Origin: an uncultured Paraprevotella sp.
GTDB lineage: Bacteria > Bacteroidota > Bacteroidia > Bacteroidales > Bacteroidaceae
NCBI GenBank assembly: GCA_944321525.1
Contig: CALULQ010000015.1
Span: 5,927 to 69,926 of the forward strand
DNA: 64,000 nucleotides
Direction: 5' to 3'
Positions 40,512-50,187 of this stretch are shown here, piece after piece. The position numbers and the translations under genes are program-made. The notes under the pieces are model-generated. The model was not told the origin of the DNA and made no database searches. It saw only the letters and a list, made by a program, of their open reading frames with translations. Each line of letters opens with the position of its first letter. Within the stretch, counting starts at the first letter, position 1.

Positions 40512-41771
40512 ATGGAAGATACCAAACATATCCAGATTAAGGACTTCAACTACGAGCTGCCGGACGAGCGCATCGCCAAGTTCCCCCTGCCCGAGCGCGA
40601 CCACTCCAAACTGCTGGTCTACCGCCACGGCAAGGTGAGCGAGGACGTTTTCACCTCGCTCCCGGAATATCTGCCCCAAGGGGCACTGATGGTGTTCAAC
40701 AACACGAAGGTCATCCAGGCGCGGCTCCACTTCCGCAAGGAGACGGGCGCGCTCATCGAGGTGTTCTGCCTGGAGCCCGTCAGCCCGCACGACTACGCCC
40801 TGATGTTCCAACAGACGGGCCGCTGCAGCTGGCTGTGCCTCGTGGGCAACCTGAAGAAATGGAAGGCCGGCACCCTGAGCCGGCAGGTGGAAATCGGCGG
40901 GCGCACCGTCACCCTGACGGCCACACGGGGCGAGAACCGCGGGACGAGCCACCTGGTGGACTTCGAGTGGGACGCCGACGACGTGACGTGGGCCGACATG
41001 CTGGAGGCCGTGGGCGAACTGCCCATCCCCCCCTACCTGAACCGCGAGACGCAGGAGAGCGACAAGACCACCTACCAGACGGTGTACTCCAAGGTGAAAG
41101 GCAGCGTGGCCGCCCCCACGGCCGGACTGCATTTCACGGAACGCGTGCTGGCCGACCTGGACGCGCACGGCATCGACCGCGAGGAAGTGACGCTGCACGT
41201 GGGAGCCGGCACCTTCAAACCCGTCAAGAGCGAGGAAATCGCAGGGCACGAGATGCACACGGAATACATCTGCGTGCACCGCAGCACGATAGAGAAACTC
41301 CTGGCCCACGAAGGACGGTGCATCGCCGTGGGCACCACATCGGTGCGCACCCTGGAGAGCCTCTACTACATAGGCGTGGCGCTGAGCCGCAACCCCGACG
41401 CATCGGAAGAGGAACTGCACGTGCCGCAATGGATGCCCTACGACTACGCCGCGCAGACCCGCCCCGCCGGAAGTCCCGACGACGGACGCCCGGAGGCGCT
41501 CACCACCATGGAGGCCCTGCGCCACATCCTGGCCTACCTGGACCGCCACGACCTGCCGGCCCTGCACACCAGCACACAAATCATCATCGCACCGGGATAC
41601 GCCTACCACATCGTGCGGATGATGGTCACCAACTTCCACCAGCCGCAAAGCACGCTGCTGCTCCTCGTGTCGGCCTTCGTGAACGGCGACTGGCGCACCA
41701 TCTACGACTATGCCCTCGCCCACGGCTTCCGCTTCCTCAGCTACGGCGACAGCTCGCTGCTCATCCCCTGA
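40512..41771 (+). CDS. queA: S-adenosylmethionine:tRNA ribosyltransferase-isomerase
   Basis: FNYELPDERIAKFPLPERDHSKLLV .. PIPPYL .. YQTVYS .. GSVAAPTAGLHFT .. VTLHVGAGTF .. VGTTSVRTLES .. MVTNFHQPQSTLL. Confidence 0.93.
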   Translation: MEDTKHIQIKDFNYELPDERIAKFPLPERDHSKLLVYRHGKVSEDVFTSLPEYLPQGALMVFNNTKVIQARLHFRKETGALIEVFCLEPVSPHDYALMFQQTGRCSWLCLVGNLKKWKAGTLSRQVEIGGRTVTLTATRGENRGTSHLVDFEWDADDVTWADMLEAVGELPIPPYLNRETQESDKTTYQTVYSKVKGSVAAPTAGLHFTERVLADLDAHGIDREEVTLHVGAGTFKPVKSEEIAGHEMHTEYICVHRSTIEKLLAHEGRCIAVGTTSVRTLESLYYIGVALSRNPDASEEELHVPQWMPYDYAAQTRPAGSPDDGRPEALTTMEALRHILAYLDRHDLPALHTSTQIIIAPGYAYHIVRMMVTNFHQPQSTLLLLVSAFVNGDWRTIYDYALAHGFRFLSYGDSSLLIP

Positions 41772-41789
41772 ACCCCTCATCCGACAGAC

Positions 41790-42308
41790 ATGATAGCCAC
41801 TCAAAAGGACAATGAAAAAGAGATGTTCCCCCTCGTGGACGAGGACGGCAACATCATCGGAGCCGCCACGCGCGGCGAATGCCACGACGGGAGCAAGCGA
41901 CTGCATCCGGTGGTGCACCTCCACGTGTTCAACAGCCGGGGCGACATCTACCTGCAGAAACGCCCGGCGTGGAAAGACATACAGCCGGGCAAATGGGACA
42001 CGGCCGTGGGCGGGCACGTGGACCTGGGGGAAAGCGTGGAGATGGCCTTGCGCCGAGAAGCCGCCGAAGAACTGGGACTGACGGACATCGCCCCCGAACG
42101 CCTGCCGCACTATGTGTTCGAATCGGCCCGCGAACGGGAACTCGTATTCCCCCACCGCTGCACCTTCGACGGCGACATCCGCCCCAGCGCGGAAACCGAC
42201 GGCGGACGCTTCTGGAGCATTGACGAGCTCCGCGAAAACATCGGACAAGGCGTCTTCACGCCCAACTTCGAGAGCGAGTTCCGCCGACTGTTCGGGCAGC
42301 TGTTGTAA
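41790..42308 (+). CDS. NUDIX hydrolase
   Basis: Nudix box GGHVDLGESVEMALRREAAEELGL. 172 aa. Confidence 0.85.
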   Translation: MIATQKDNEKEMFPLVDEDGNIIGAATRGECHDGSKRLHPVVHLHVFNSRGDIYLQKRPAWKDIQPGKWDTAVGGHVDLGESVEMALRREAAEELGLTDIAPERLPHYVFESARERELVFPHRCTFDGDIRPSAETDGGRFWSIDELRENIGQGVFTPNFESEFRRLFGQLL

Positions 42309-42361
42309 AACGCCGAAGCCTGCTGCGGCGCAGGAAGCCTCATCCTCCGACGTCGCGAATC

Positions 42362-42423
42362 GTACTTGCCGCAAAGCACTCAAGTACTCTGCGGCAAGTA
42401 CTCGAGTACTCCGCGGAGAGTAC
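42362..42423. repeat. GTAC-framed palindromic repeat, copy 4 (three arms)
   Basis: GTACTTGCCGCAAAGCAC-TCAA-GTACTCTGCGGCAAGTAC-TCGA-GTACTCCGCGGAGAGTAC, 54 nt after the Nudix stop. Confidence 0.9.
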
Positions 42424-42568
42424 AAATCCGCGTTGCGCACGACTCTCCCCGCCTTTCCCGCCCCCGGAATCCCGTTCGGGGCGGGGAAATGTCCTGAATG
42501 CCTCCCGCATTTTCATCCTTTCCGGAGGACCTGTCCGGCACGTTCAAAGAAAAAATAATCCGACAAAC

Positions 42569-42623
42569 GGGCGAAGCCATTCCCTGCGCACCTTTTCTTG
42601 ATGCGCAGGGAATGGCTTCGCCC
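42569..42623. terminator. bidirectional hairpin between the convergent Nudix and MFS genes
   Basis: Perfect 22-bp stem GGGCGAAGCCATTCCCTGCGCA / TGCGCAGGGAATGGCTTCGCCC with an 11-nt loop. Confidence 0.7.
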
Positions 42624-42655
42624 GCCAATAAGCTATGTTGTTTTCCTCCGTGTTC

Positions 42656-43816
42656 CTACACCGCCGCGTTCTCTTTCCGGTACATCCGACAGAAAATGGT
42701 GGTGGAGGTGATGCCGACGACCACAAAGCCCACGCCAACCAAGGCCGGATAGTTGTAGCTCAGGCCGTAGGTGATGGGCAGCCCGCCGCAGTAGGCCCCG
42801 ACGGCGTTGCCCAGGTTGAAGGCCACCTGCACCAAGGCGGCCCCCATCATCTCGCCCCCTTTGGAGAAACGGAGCAACAAGAGCTGCTGCGGGGCCGACA
42901 CGCCGAAGAGGCAGGCCGTGCAGAGGCACATCATCAGCACGGCCACGCCGGGATAGCGGGCGAAGAAGAACGTGGTGAGCAACCCGACCATCATGCAAAG
43001 TTGCACGCCCTGGATGGTGCGGCCCGGCGTGTAGCGGTCGGAAAGCCGGCCGCCCAGCAAGTTGCCCACGCACATGCTGCCTCCGGCCAGCACCATGAGC
43101 ATCGTGATTTCCGACGGGCTGAAGCCGGCAATCTGGTTCATCAGCGGACTGATGTAGCTGTACCAGCAGAAAATGCCGCCGTTACCGAACATCGTGGTGG
43201 CGATAAGCAGCCACGGGGCCGCGCTCCGCAGGAAGCTGAACTGCCCCTTGAGCCCCGTGTTGGGAAGAGGCGCCATGCGGGGTACCAAGCGGTAGAGCAA
43301 GACGAAGGTGAGCACGCCCCAAGCGGCGTTGAACAGGAATATGGCCCGCCACGAGACGAGGTCGCTCAACCACGTCCCCGTGGGGATGCCAATGAGGTTG
43401 GCCACCGTCATGCCCGAACTCATGATGGCGATGGCCAGCGAACTCTTGCCACGGGGAGCCAACCGGTCGGCCACGATGGAACCCACGCCGAAGTAGGCAC
43501 CATGGGGCAACCCGGAAACGAACCGGAAAAGCACTCCCAGATGCAGGTCGGTGCACGAAGCCATCAAAGCATTTCCGACAAGGTAGATGAGGATGAGCCC
43601 CAACAGGATTTGATGGAGCGGGCGCTTGCGGGCTATCAGGACTACCGACGGGGCGCCCACGCAGACTCCGAGGGCATAGGCCGAAATGAGGTGGCCGGCT
43701 TCGGGGATGGTGCAGCGCAGCGACTGGGCCACGTATGGCAGGATGCTCATCATGGCGAACTCTGCCATGCCCAAGGCGAACGTACCGAACGCCAGGGCTA
43801 TCAAACTCTTTTTCAT
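42656..43816 (-). CDS. MFS transporter (DHA1/AraJ-like)
   Basis: 386 aa, about 12 TM helices. GGRLSDRYTPGRT-type loop motif between TM2 and TM3 of the second half. Confidence 0.85.
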   Translation of the reverse strand: MKKSLIALAFGTFALGMAEFAMMSILPYVAQSLRCTIPEAGHLISAYALGVCVGAPSVVLIARKRPLHQILLGLILIYLVGNALMASCTDLHLGVLFRFVSGLPHGAYFGVGSIVADRLAPRGKSSLAIAIMSSGMTVANLIGIPTGTWLSDLVSWRAIFLFNAAWGVLTFVLLYRLVPRMAPLPNTGLKGQFSFLRSAAPWLLIATTMFGNGGIFCWYSYISPLMNQIAGFSPSEITMLMVLAGGSMCVGNLLGGRLSDRYTPGRTIQGVQLCMMVGLLTTFFFARYPGVAVLMMCLCTACLFGVSAPQQLLLLRFSKGGEMMGAALVQVAFNLGNAVGAYCGGLPITYGLSYNYPALVGVGFVVVGITSTTIFCRMYRKENAAV

Positions 43817-43860
43817 TGTGTACTGAATCTTTTTACCTTATTATAATATATGCGTAATGT

Positions 43861-44502
43861 CTACGGCAAACTGTTGCGATAGCGGACGAAGGCGTCGCTG
43901 ATGCTGCGCGCCAGCCGTTTTTGCCCTTTCCGCGACTTCATGAAGCGCTCTTCGCGGCGGTTGGAGATGAAGCCCAGTTCTGTGAGCACGGCCGGCATCC
44001 GCGTGCCACGCAGCACGGCGAAGTTGGCCGTCTTCACCCCGCGGCTCTTCCGCCCGTGCTTCACGTACTCCTGCTCGATGAGCCGGGCCATCCGCTCGCT
44101 GCGACTCCCGCGCGCCGAGGGATGGATGAAAGTCTCCGTGCCTTCGGCCCAGCCCCGGGCCGAGTTGGAATGGATGGAGATGAACAGGTCCGCTCCGAAG
44201 AAGTTGGCCATGCCGGCCCGGTCATCGAGCGTGACAAACTCGTCGTCGGGACGGGTCTGTATGACTTCCACTCCCTTGCATTTCTTTCGGATGCGCTTGC
44301 ACACGCGCCGCGCCACTTTCAGGTTGATGTCCTTTTCCAGCGAGCGACGGCCTGCCGCTCCTTGGTCGTTCCCACCATGGCCGGCGTCGACGACCAGGAC
44401 AAAAGGCTCCCGCCCGACAGAGCGCGACGACCGACAGCCCGTCGCCAGGCACAGCACGGCAAGGAGCAACAACGGCCAGCAGAATAAATGAGACTTTCGC
44501 AT
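43861..44502 (-). CDS. N-acetylmuramoyl-L-alanine amidase (Amidase_3 family)
   Basis: Lipoprotein-like signal (LATGC). VVDAGHGGNDQGA .. ISIHSNS .. LTELGFISN. Confidence 0.88.
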   Translation of the reverse strand: MRKSHLFCWPLLLLAVLCLATGCRSSRSVGREPFVLVVDAGHGGNDQGAAGRRSLEKDINLKVARRVCKRIRKKCKGVEVIQTRPDDEFVTLDDRAGMANFFGADLFISIHSNSARGWAEGTETFIHPSARGSRSERMARLIEQEYVKHGRKSRGVKTANFAVLRGTRMPAVLTELGFISNRREERFMKSRKGQKRLARSISDAFVRYRNSLP

Positions 44503-44508
44503 GCCTGT

Positions 44509-47301
44509 CTACGGATTGTGGTGTTGGTTTTCCCCGGCCGCCAGCTTCTGTAGGCCCAGTTCGTGGGCGTCCAGCCGCGCCTGGCATCCGGCTATCTGCA
44601 CTTGGATGCGCTCCCGTTCGCTCTCCAGCCGTGCTATTTCGGTGTTCAGCGCGGTAGTGCGGTCTTCCTTGTCCTGCCCCTGCGAGAGGGCATTCACTTG
44701 GTGCGCGGCCAGCGCCACCCGCGCTTCTTCGGCCCTCGCCTCGGCCAACATGTTTTGCAGCGTCAGGTCGCGCGCTTCGCGCCGCAGCGCATTCCAGTCC
44801 ATGGCGCTGCTGAAAGTCTGTTCCAGTTCAGGGAATTGCACGGGCGAGTGATGCGCGTTGTATTTTCTGATCCACACGTCCAGTTTCGAGCGTTCCTCGG
44901 CAATCTGTGCGTCGATGTCCTGTATGGTGTCGGCGGCATGCTGCCCGTAACCTTGCGCGTGGGCGGCCAGCGCGTGGGCCTCTCCGGCCTGCCGGAAAGC
45001 GTCTTCCATCTCCTCTTCTTGTGCGCACAAGGCGGCGAGCAGTTTCTTGTGCGCAGCGTCCACGTCGCCGTCCGGGAAGGCCTTGAGCAGTTGTCCGCGC
45101 GTCATGTCGCGCAATTCCGCCAACTGCTCTATTTTCTCGTTGACGAAATCGCGCTGTTTGGCCAGCGATTTTGCGTGCTGCTGGGTCATTTCCCACTGGG
45201 TCCGCAGCCGTATGATGTTGTTTTTGGTGTCTGCCATTTCGCGCATCAGCTTGAACCACCGCTCCATTTGCTGCTGTATGTAGATGCGCAAGGTCTCCGG
45301 ATTGTCGTTCCACACCTTGTGCCAGTTGGAGAGCGTCATCATCTTGTCTATCTCTTCGAAGAGTTCGCCGTACTGCCCGTTGGTGCGCGACAAGTTCTGT
45401 TGCAGCTCCTCCACCCTGTATGCCACGACCTGGCATCCGGTGTTCACCTCGTTCAGCCTCACGGCAATCTCATCCCTTTCTTGCTCTTTCAGGGCGATTT
45501 TTTCATTGAGGGCATTGATGCTGGCTTGATGTTGGTTAAAGACGTCCAGTTCCTGCCGCGCGCCCTCGGCGTCCTGACCGGTTTTCTCCAGAAGCTGTTG
45601 CAGCATGATGCGCCGCCCTTCGAAGTTGGTGCTGCCGGAACAGTCCTTGAACGAGCGGTCCAGTTCTACGAAGTTTTCCCAATGTTCCACATGGTCCTGC
45701 AGGATTTGCTTGTACGTCTCCAGCACCTTGTGGCCCACTTCGATGTGGCCTTCCTCAACGGCCTGTTCCCTTTTCAGGTCGTCGAGCGCGGCTTGTTTGT
45801 GTTTCAGCTCCGTGGCGGTCTGTTCGAAATCTATTTTTATCTCACCGATGATCTTGCTCTGTTCCAGCAACGTGTCGGAATGGAAGGGATGGTGCGTGGC
45901 GCCGCACACACTGCAACTTACGCCCTCCTGCAAGTCCTTCCGCAGCTGCATGACATCCTGGCTCTTGCTGAGCGTATAAGCGTACTTCAGTTCCTCGCAT
46001 TGGGTCTGCAGCCCGGCCACTTCCGGCTCCAGTTGTGCGATTTGCTCTTTCAGGGCGTCATTGTGGAGCTTCATCCTCATGATTTCCTGGCCTTTCTCGT
46101 CAACGCGCGCATATCCTTCCGAAATCTGTTTCCACAGCGCGATGGCGTTCGCCAGCATTTCCTTTTTGCTTTTCAGGTCCATGGCGCGCTGCTGCAGGTT
46201 GTAGCTGTTCTGGCCCAATATGCTTTTCTGGTGCACTTGCAATTCGCCTTGGAGTGTATTGATCTGCGCGTCGGCCTCCTGCGAAGTGAGGAAGAGCTTA
46301 TTGAGTTTTTCGTCCTGCTCGTGCTGTTTCCTCTGCATGCGTTCCAAGTCGGCCTGCAACTGCTCCCTGTGTTTCTTGAGCATTTGCAGGAATCCCAGCC
46401 TCACCTGTATGACGTCTCCCTTTTCCAGCATTCTTTGCTGCGATTCCATGTTCTGCCTTGTCTGCTGTTGCTGGGCGGCCGCGTCCTCGTTTTTCTTCAG
46501 TTCCTCCCGGGTCTCTTCTCCGCTTTTGCGCGCAGCCTCCAGCGATTTCTCCACCCGGGCCTTATAACGCGACAGTTCTTCCACGTAGCTTTCGTAGAAG
46601 GCCAATGTGGCTTGCGCGCGGTAGGCTTCCGCCAGGGCCTTCCTTGCCTGCTGCGCCTGTTGCAAGGTTTCCTTGTAACGTTTGTTGGCGGCTTCCGCCA
46701 GCTTGCGCTTCTCCTTGTCCTTGTCTTGTGCCGCCGCAAGCTGTTCGGCGTGTTGCGATCGGCCATCGTGCAAGGCGCGCACCACAGCCTCTTTCACCTT
46801 GATGCGCTGGTAGTCGCCCTGCACTTCCTCGAAGGCTTCGAAGCGCTCCAGCTCCTTGATTTCCTTCAGGTGGGCACTGTAGTTTTTGTTGCTGGCAAAG
46901 AAAGCTTGCCGATACTTTTCCAGCGTCCCGTTCAGTTCCTTGAACTTGTGAAGCCAGTTCTTTTGCGACTGCAGCCCTTCCAACGTCTGTGTAATGTTGG
47001 CCAGCTTGGTCCTGTAGAGCCTGATGCTGTCTTGTATGCGTTTCAGCTCGTTGTCGTCGAGCAGGTGTTCGCCCGCCTTTTGCCGTTTGGCTTCGGCTTG
47101 TGCAAACTGTCGGAACATCCGTGCCACCTCGTCAGGCATGTCTGTTCCGAAATGTTCGGAAAACCATTGCCTTGCCGCCTCTTCGGCAGTCAGAGGCCGT
47201 GCCGGCTGGGCCGTCGGAGCCGCGGGAGGCGGAGTTTCCGTGCCGGACGGCTGTGCCGTTTTCTCCGGTGTGGATTTGCGAAAGAGCTTCATACGCGTCA
47301 A
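44509..47301 (-). CDS. large coiled-coil protein with an SbcC/Rad50-type zinc-hook motif and no ABC ATPase head domains
   Basis: 930 aa, E/K/Q/L/A/R-rich heptad-like sequence throughout. Central CSVCGATHHPFH resembles the E. coli SbcC hook CPLCGSTSHP. No Walker A/B or LSGGE seen. Ends 6 nt before the amidase gene. Confidence 0.7.
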   Translation of the reverse strand: MTRMKLFRKSTPEKTAQPSGTETPPPAAPTAQPARPLTAEEAARQWFSEHFGTDMPDEVARMFRQFAQAEAKRQKAGEHLLDDNELKRIQDSIRLYRTKLANITQTLEGLQSQKNWLHKFKELNGTLEKYRQAFFASNKNYSAHLKEIKELERFEAFEEVQGDYQRIKVKEAVVRALHDGRSQHAEQLAAAQDKDKEKRKLAEAANKRYKETLQQAQQARKALAEAYRAQATLAFYESYVEELSRYKARVEKSLEAARKSGEETREELKKNEDAAAQQQQTRQNMESQQRMLEKGDVIQVRLGFLQMLKKHREQLQADLERMQRKQHEQDEKLNKLFLTSQEADAQINTLQGELQVHQKSILGQNSYNLQQRAMDLKSKKEMLANAIALWKQISEGYARVDEKGQEIMRMKLHNDALKEQIAQLEPEVAGLQTQCEELKYAYTLSKSQDVMQLRKDLQEGVSCSVCGATHHPFHSDTLLEQSKIIGEIKIDFEQTATELKHKQAALDDLKREQAVEEGHIEVGHKVLETYKQILQDHVEHWENFVELDRSFKDCSGSTNFEGRRIMLQQLLEKTGQDAEGARQELDVFNQHQASINALNEKIALKEQERDEIAVRLNEVNTGCQVVAYRVEELQQNLSRTNGQYGELFEEIDKMMTLSNWHKVWNDNPETLRIYIQQQMERWFKLMREMADTKNNIIRLRTQWEMTQQHAKSLAKQRDFVNEKIEQLAELRDMTRGQLLKAFPDGDVDAAHKKLLAALCAQEEEMEDAFRQAGEAHALAAHAQGYGQHAADTIQDIDAQIAEERSKLDVWIRKYNAHHSPVQFPELEQTFSSAMDWNALRREARDLTLQNMLAEARAEEARVALAAHQVNALSQGQDKEDRTTALNTEIARLESERERIQVQIAGCQARLDAHELGLQKLAAGENQHHNP

Positions 47302-47401
47302 TGTTTATAATCTCGTGCAAAGTTATGAATAAAAATGTTTCCGGACGATATTCCGCCACATTATCTCCGCCCCGCATGCCCGCTCGTTGGGAAAAAAAGC
47401 G

Positions 47402-47409
47402 TAATTTTG
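47402..47409 (+). promoter_or_regulatory. putative -7 promoter box for hisS
   Basis: TAATTTTG lies 29 nt upstream of ATG 47438. Confidence 0.45.
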
Positions 47410-47437
47410 CGCCGGAATCATCATAAAAACAAGTTAT

Positions 47438-48802
47438 ATGGCTACAAAACCGGGAATTCCCAAAGGGACGCGCGACTTTTCGCCCGTGGAAATGGCGAAG
47501 CGCAATTACATATTCGACACCATTCGGGGCGTGTATGCGCTGTATGGTTTCCAGCAGATTGAGACGCCCGCCATGGAGAACCTCTCCACGCTGATGGGCA
47601 AATACGGCGAAGAGGGCGACAAGTTGCTCTTCAAAATCTTGAATTCAGGCAATTTCCTTGCGGGAGTGCAGGCAGAGGAGTTGGCCGAAGCGAACACCAA
47701 CCACCTGGCGGCACGATTGTGCGAGAAGGGACTGCGCTACGACCTGACCGTCCCGTTCGCCCGCTACGTGGTGCAGCACCGCGACGAGCTGGCCATGCCT
47801 TTCAAGCGCTACCAGATTCAGCCGGTGTGGCGGGCCGACCGGCCGCAGAAGGGGCGCTACCGCGAGTTTTACCAGTGTGACGCCGACGTGGTGGGCAGCG
47901 ACTCCCTGCTCAACGAGGTGGAACTGATGCAGATTGTGGACACCGTGTTCACCAAATTCGGCGTCCGCGTGTGCATCAAGCTGAACAACCGCAAGATTCT
48001 CACCGGCATTGCCGAAATGATCGGGGCGGCCGACAAGATTGTGGACATCACCGTGGCCATCGACAAACTGGACAAGATAGGGCTGGACAACGTGAACGCC
48101 GAACTGGCGGCCCACGGCATCGGCGAAGAGGCCGTGGCCCGGCTGCAACCCATCATACAACTGAGCGGCACGAACAGCGAGAAGCTGGCGGTGATGAAGG
48201 AAGTGCTCGCCGGCAGCGAGACCGGCATGAAGGGCATCGAGGAGTGCGAGTTCGTGCTCGACACGCTGGCCGGATTGGGACTGCACAACCCGATGGAGCT
48301 GGACCTGACCTTGGCCCGCGGCCTGAACTACTACACCGGCTGCATCTTCGAGGTGAAGGCCCTCGACGTGGAAATCGGCAGCATCACCGGAGGCGGGCGC
48401 TACGACAACCTGACCGGCATCTTCGGCATGCCGGGCGTGAGCGGAGTGGGCATCTCCTTCGGAGCCGACCGCATCTTCGACGTGCTGAACCAGCTTGACC
48501 TTTATCCCAAAGAGACGGTCACGGGCACGGAACTGCTCTTCGTGAATTTCGGTCCGGCCGAAGCCGCCTATTGCCTGCCGGTGATGGCCAAAGCCCGCCA
48601 GGCCGGCGTGCGCTGCGAAATCTATCCCGACAGCGCGAAGATGAAGAAACAGATGAGCTATGCCAACGCCAAGGCCGTGCCCTTCGTGGCCATCGTGGGC
48701 GAGGACGAGATGAAGGCGGGCAAAGTGACGCTGAAGAACATGGCCACAGGCGAGCAGCAGCTCGTGACGCCGGAAGAAATGGTAAATATCCTTAAAAAAT
48801 AA
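47438..48802 (+). CDS. hisS: histidine--tRNA ligase
   Basis: PKGTRDF .. class II motifs [27 protein letters not shown] and GGGRYDNL, plus a C-terminal anticodon-binding domain. Confidence 0.96.
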   Translation: MATKPGIPKGTRDFSPVEMAKRNYIFDTIRGVYALYGFQQIETPAMENLSTLMGKYGEEGDKLLFKILNSGNFLAGVQAEELAEANTNHLAARLCEKGLRYDLTVPFARYVVQHRDELAMPFKRYQIQPVWRADRPQKGRYREFYQCDADVVGSDSLLNEVELMQIVDTVFTKFGVRVCIKLNNRKILTGIAEMIGAADKIVDITVAIDKLDKIGLDNVNAELAAHGIGEEAVARLQPIIQLSGTNSEKLAVMKEVLAGSETGMKGIEECEFVLDTLAGLGLHNPMELDLTLARGLNYYTGCIFEVKALDVEIGSITGGGRYDNLTGIFGMPGVSGVGISFGADRIFDVLNQLDLYPKETVTGTELLFVNFGPAEAAYCLPVMAKARQAGVRCEIYPDSAKMKKQMSYANAKAVPFVAIVGEDEMKAGKVTLKNMATGEQQLVTPEEMVNILKK

Positions 48803-48821
48803 GCCTCAAGGATGGGATATT

Positions 48822-48871
48822 GCGGTCTTTGTTGCTACCTTTATAGGGTAGCAGCAGAGGCCGCTTTTTTT
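48822..48871 (+). terminator. intrinsic terminator after hisS
   Basis: About 18-bp stem GCGGTCTTTGTTGCTACC / GGTAGCAGCAGAGGCCGC (the mismatches become G-U pairs in RNA), followed by TTTTTTT. Confidence 0.75.
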
Positions 48872-48891
48872 GTATCACCTTATAAAGATGT

Positions 48892-49350
48892 ATGCCTATG
48901 AAGTCTAAGTTTACCTTTTTGCTTTTCGTGGCCTGGGCGTGCAGTTTCCGGCTCGCGGCGCAGACCGAACTATCCCGGACGGGGACGCTATGGTATGTGG
49001 CGAACGAGGAAGACAACCTCTTCGGGCACAAGGACTATTACACCAGCATGGACGTTTACCGCTTGGGCAGCGACACCGTGATGGACGGAGAGGCGTGGAA
49101 ACTATTGTACTTCAACGGGAAACCGGACGGCACCATCAGGAAGGATGGAGGCGAAGTGTGGTACAACCCCCTGTCGGACGACGGGCCGACAGGCCATAAG
49201 CCCCGGTTGCTCTACGACTTCTCCATGCAGGCGGGCGACCGTTTCTACCAGACGGGCTACTTAGAAGGCGGGAATGTATTACTACCGCTTGGAGCTGAAG
49301 GGATTGGAGAAGACCGTGGCCGGAAGCCTGCTTGTACGATGAATGTGTGA
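48892..49350 (+). CDS. hypothetical secreted protein, possibly 3'-truncated
   Basis: Signal peptide MKSKFTFLLFVAWACSFRLAAQ. No recognisable family. The C-terminal ~25 aa look unnatural. Confidence 0.5.
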   Translation: MPMKSKFTFLLFVAWACSFRLAAQTELSRTGTLWYVANEEDNLFGHKDYYTSMDVYRLGSDTVMDGEAWKLLYFNGKPDGTIRKDGGEVWYNPLSDDGPTGHKPRLLYDFSMQAGDRFYQTGYLEGGNVLLPLGAEGIGEDRGRKPACTMNV

Positions 49351-49371
49351 CCCAAGAGAAAGGAGGAAGAT

Positions 49372-49821
49372 ATGAAGCGCAAGAAGATTTTTTTGTCCGC
49401 AGCGGCCTTTTGGGCCTGCCTGCCGGGATTGTCCGCCCAAGAGGCGCGGACCTTTGATGCCGACAGTTTCAAGGTGGCAGTGACGTATATGATGCCCGTG
49501 TCTTATCCGGCACGCATGCTTTCGTTCGACTTCTCGCTGGAGGTGCGCCACGATTCGGCCTTCGTCTACCTGCCCTACATGGGGCGGGTCTACCAACCGG
49601 TGATGAACTACGACGGACTGGATTTCGCCCTCCCGCTGAAGGACTTCAAGAGCAAGACGGTGGGCAACTCGGCAAAGCGCGTGGAGTTCCGCCTCCAGAA
49701 GCCGCCAGTGTTCTATAAATTTACCATCACGGCATACGACAACGGGAAGGCCGACATCATCCTCATCCCCAGCAACGCGCAGAGCATCACCTACTCGGGC
49801 AACTGGGACTGGGGCGCATAG
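49372..49821 (+). CDS. DUF4251-like secreted protein
   Basis: Signal peptide. SFKVAVTYMMP .. VYLPYMGRVYQP .. ITAYDNGKADIILIPSNAQSITYSG. The family call is from memory, not searched. Confidence 0.65.
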   Translation: MKRKKIFLSAAAFWACLPGLSAQEARTFDADSFKVAVTYMMPVSYPARMLSFDFSLEVRHDSAFVYLPYMGRVYQPVMNYDGLDFALPLKDFKSKTVGNSAKRVEFRLQKPPVFYKFTITAYDNGKADIILIPSNAQSITYSGNWDWGA

Positions 49822-49918
49822 TCCGCATGGCGGGCATACCGCCGGTGCCGCACTGCCGTGCGCCAAAAGCCATCGCCCCCGGTGCTGCCGCGCGCCCCGG
49901 CCTCCGCATCCCCGCGCA

Positions 49919-49980
49919 GTACTCTGCGGAGAGTACTCGAGTACTTGCCGCAGAATACTCGAGTGCTTTGCGGCAAATAC
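49919..49980. repeat. GTAC-framed palindromic repeat, copy 5 (three arms)
   Basis: GTACTCTGCGGAGAGTAC-TCGA-GTACTTGCCGCAGAATAC-TCGA-GTGCTTTGCGGCAAATAC. Confidence 0.9.
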
Positions 49981-50187
49981 TTTTTCGCCGTGCGCATCTC
50001 CCGCCACGTCGCCGGGCAGGCCAGAGGCATGGATTCCACGATGCACGAGTGCGGCGTGTATCCGCCGAAGGCAAGATGGAAGCAGGAAAGCGCAGAGACA
50101 TCCCTGCGCTTTTTTGTTTCGTCCGGACGCGGACGGATAAAGTTTTTGTTTATCTTTGTGCTCGAAAACAGCAACATAAAAGGAACC

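Noticed and set aside
48892-49350. A possible frameshift near 49262-49275. The alternative frame ends ..GMYYYRLELKGLEKTVAGSLLVR* at 49342 and looks more protein-like than the listed C-terminus.
   Set aside because: Both frames terminate within 10 nt of each other. The alternative frame is open for only ~25 codons. Without homologs I cannot tell which is real, so I kept the listed ORF at reduced confidence.
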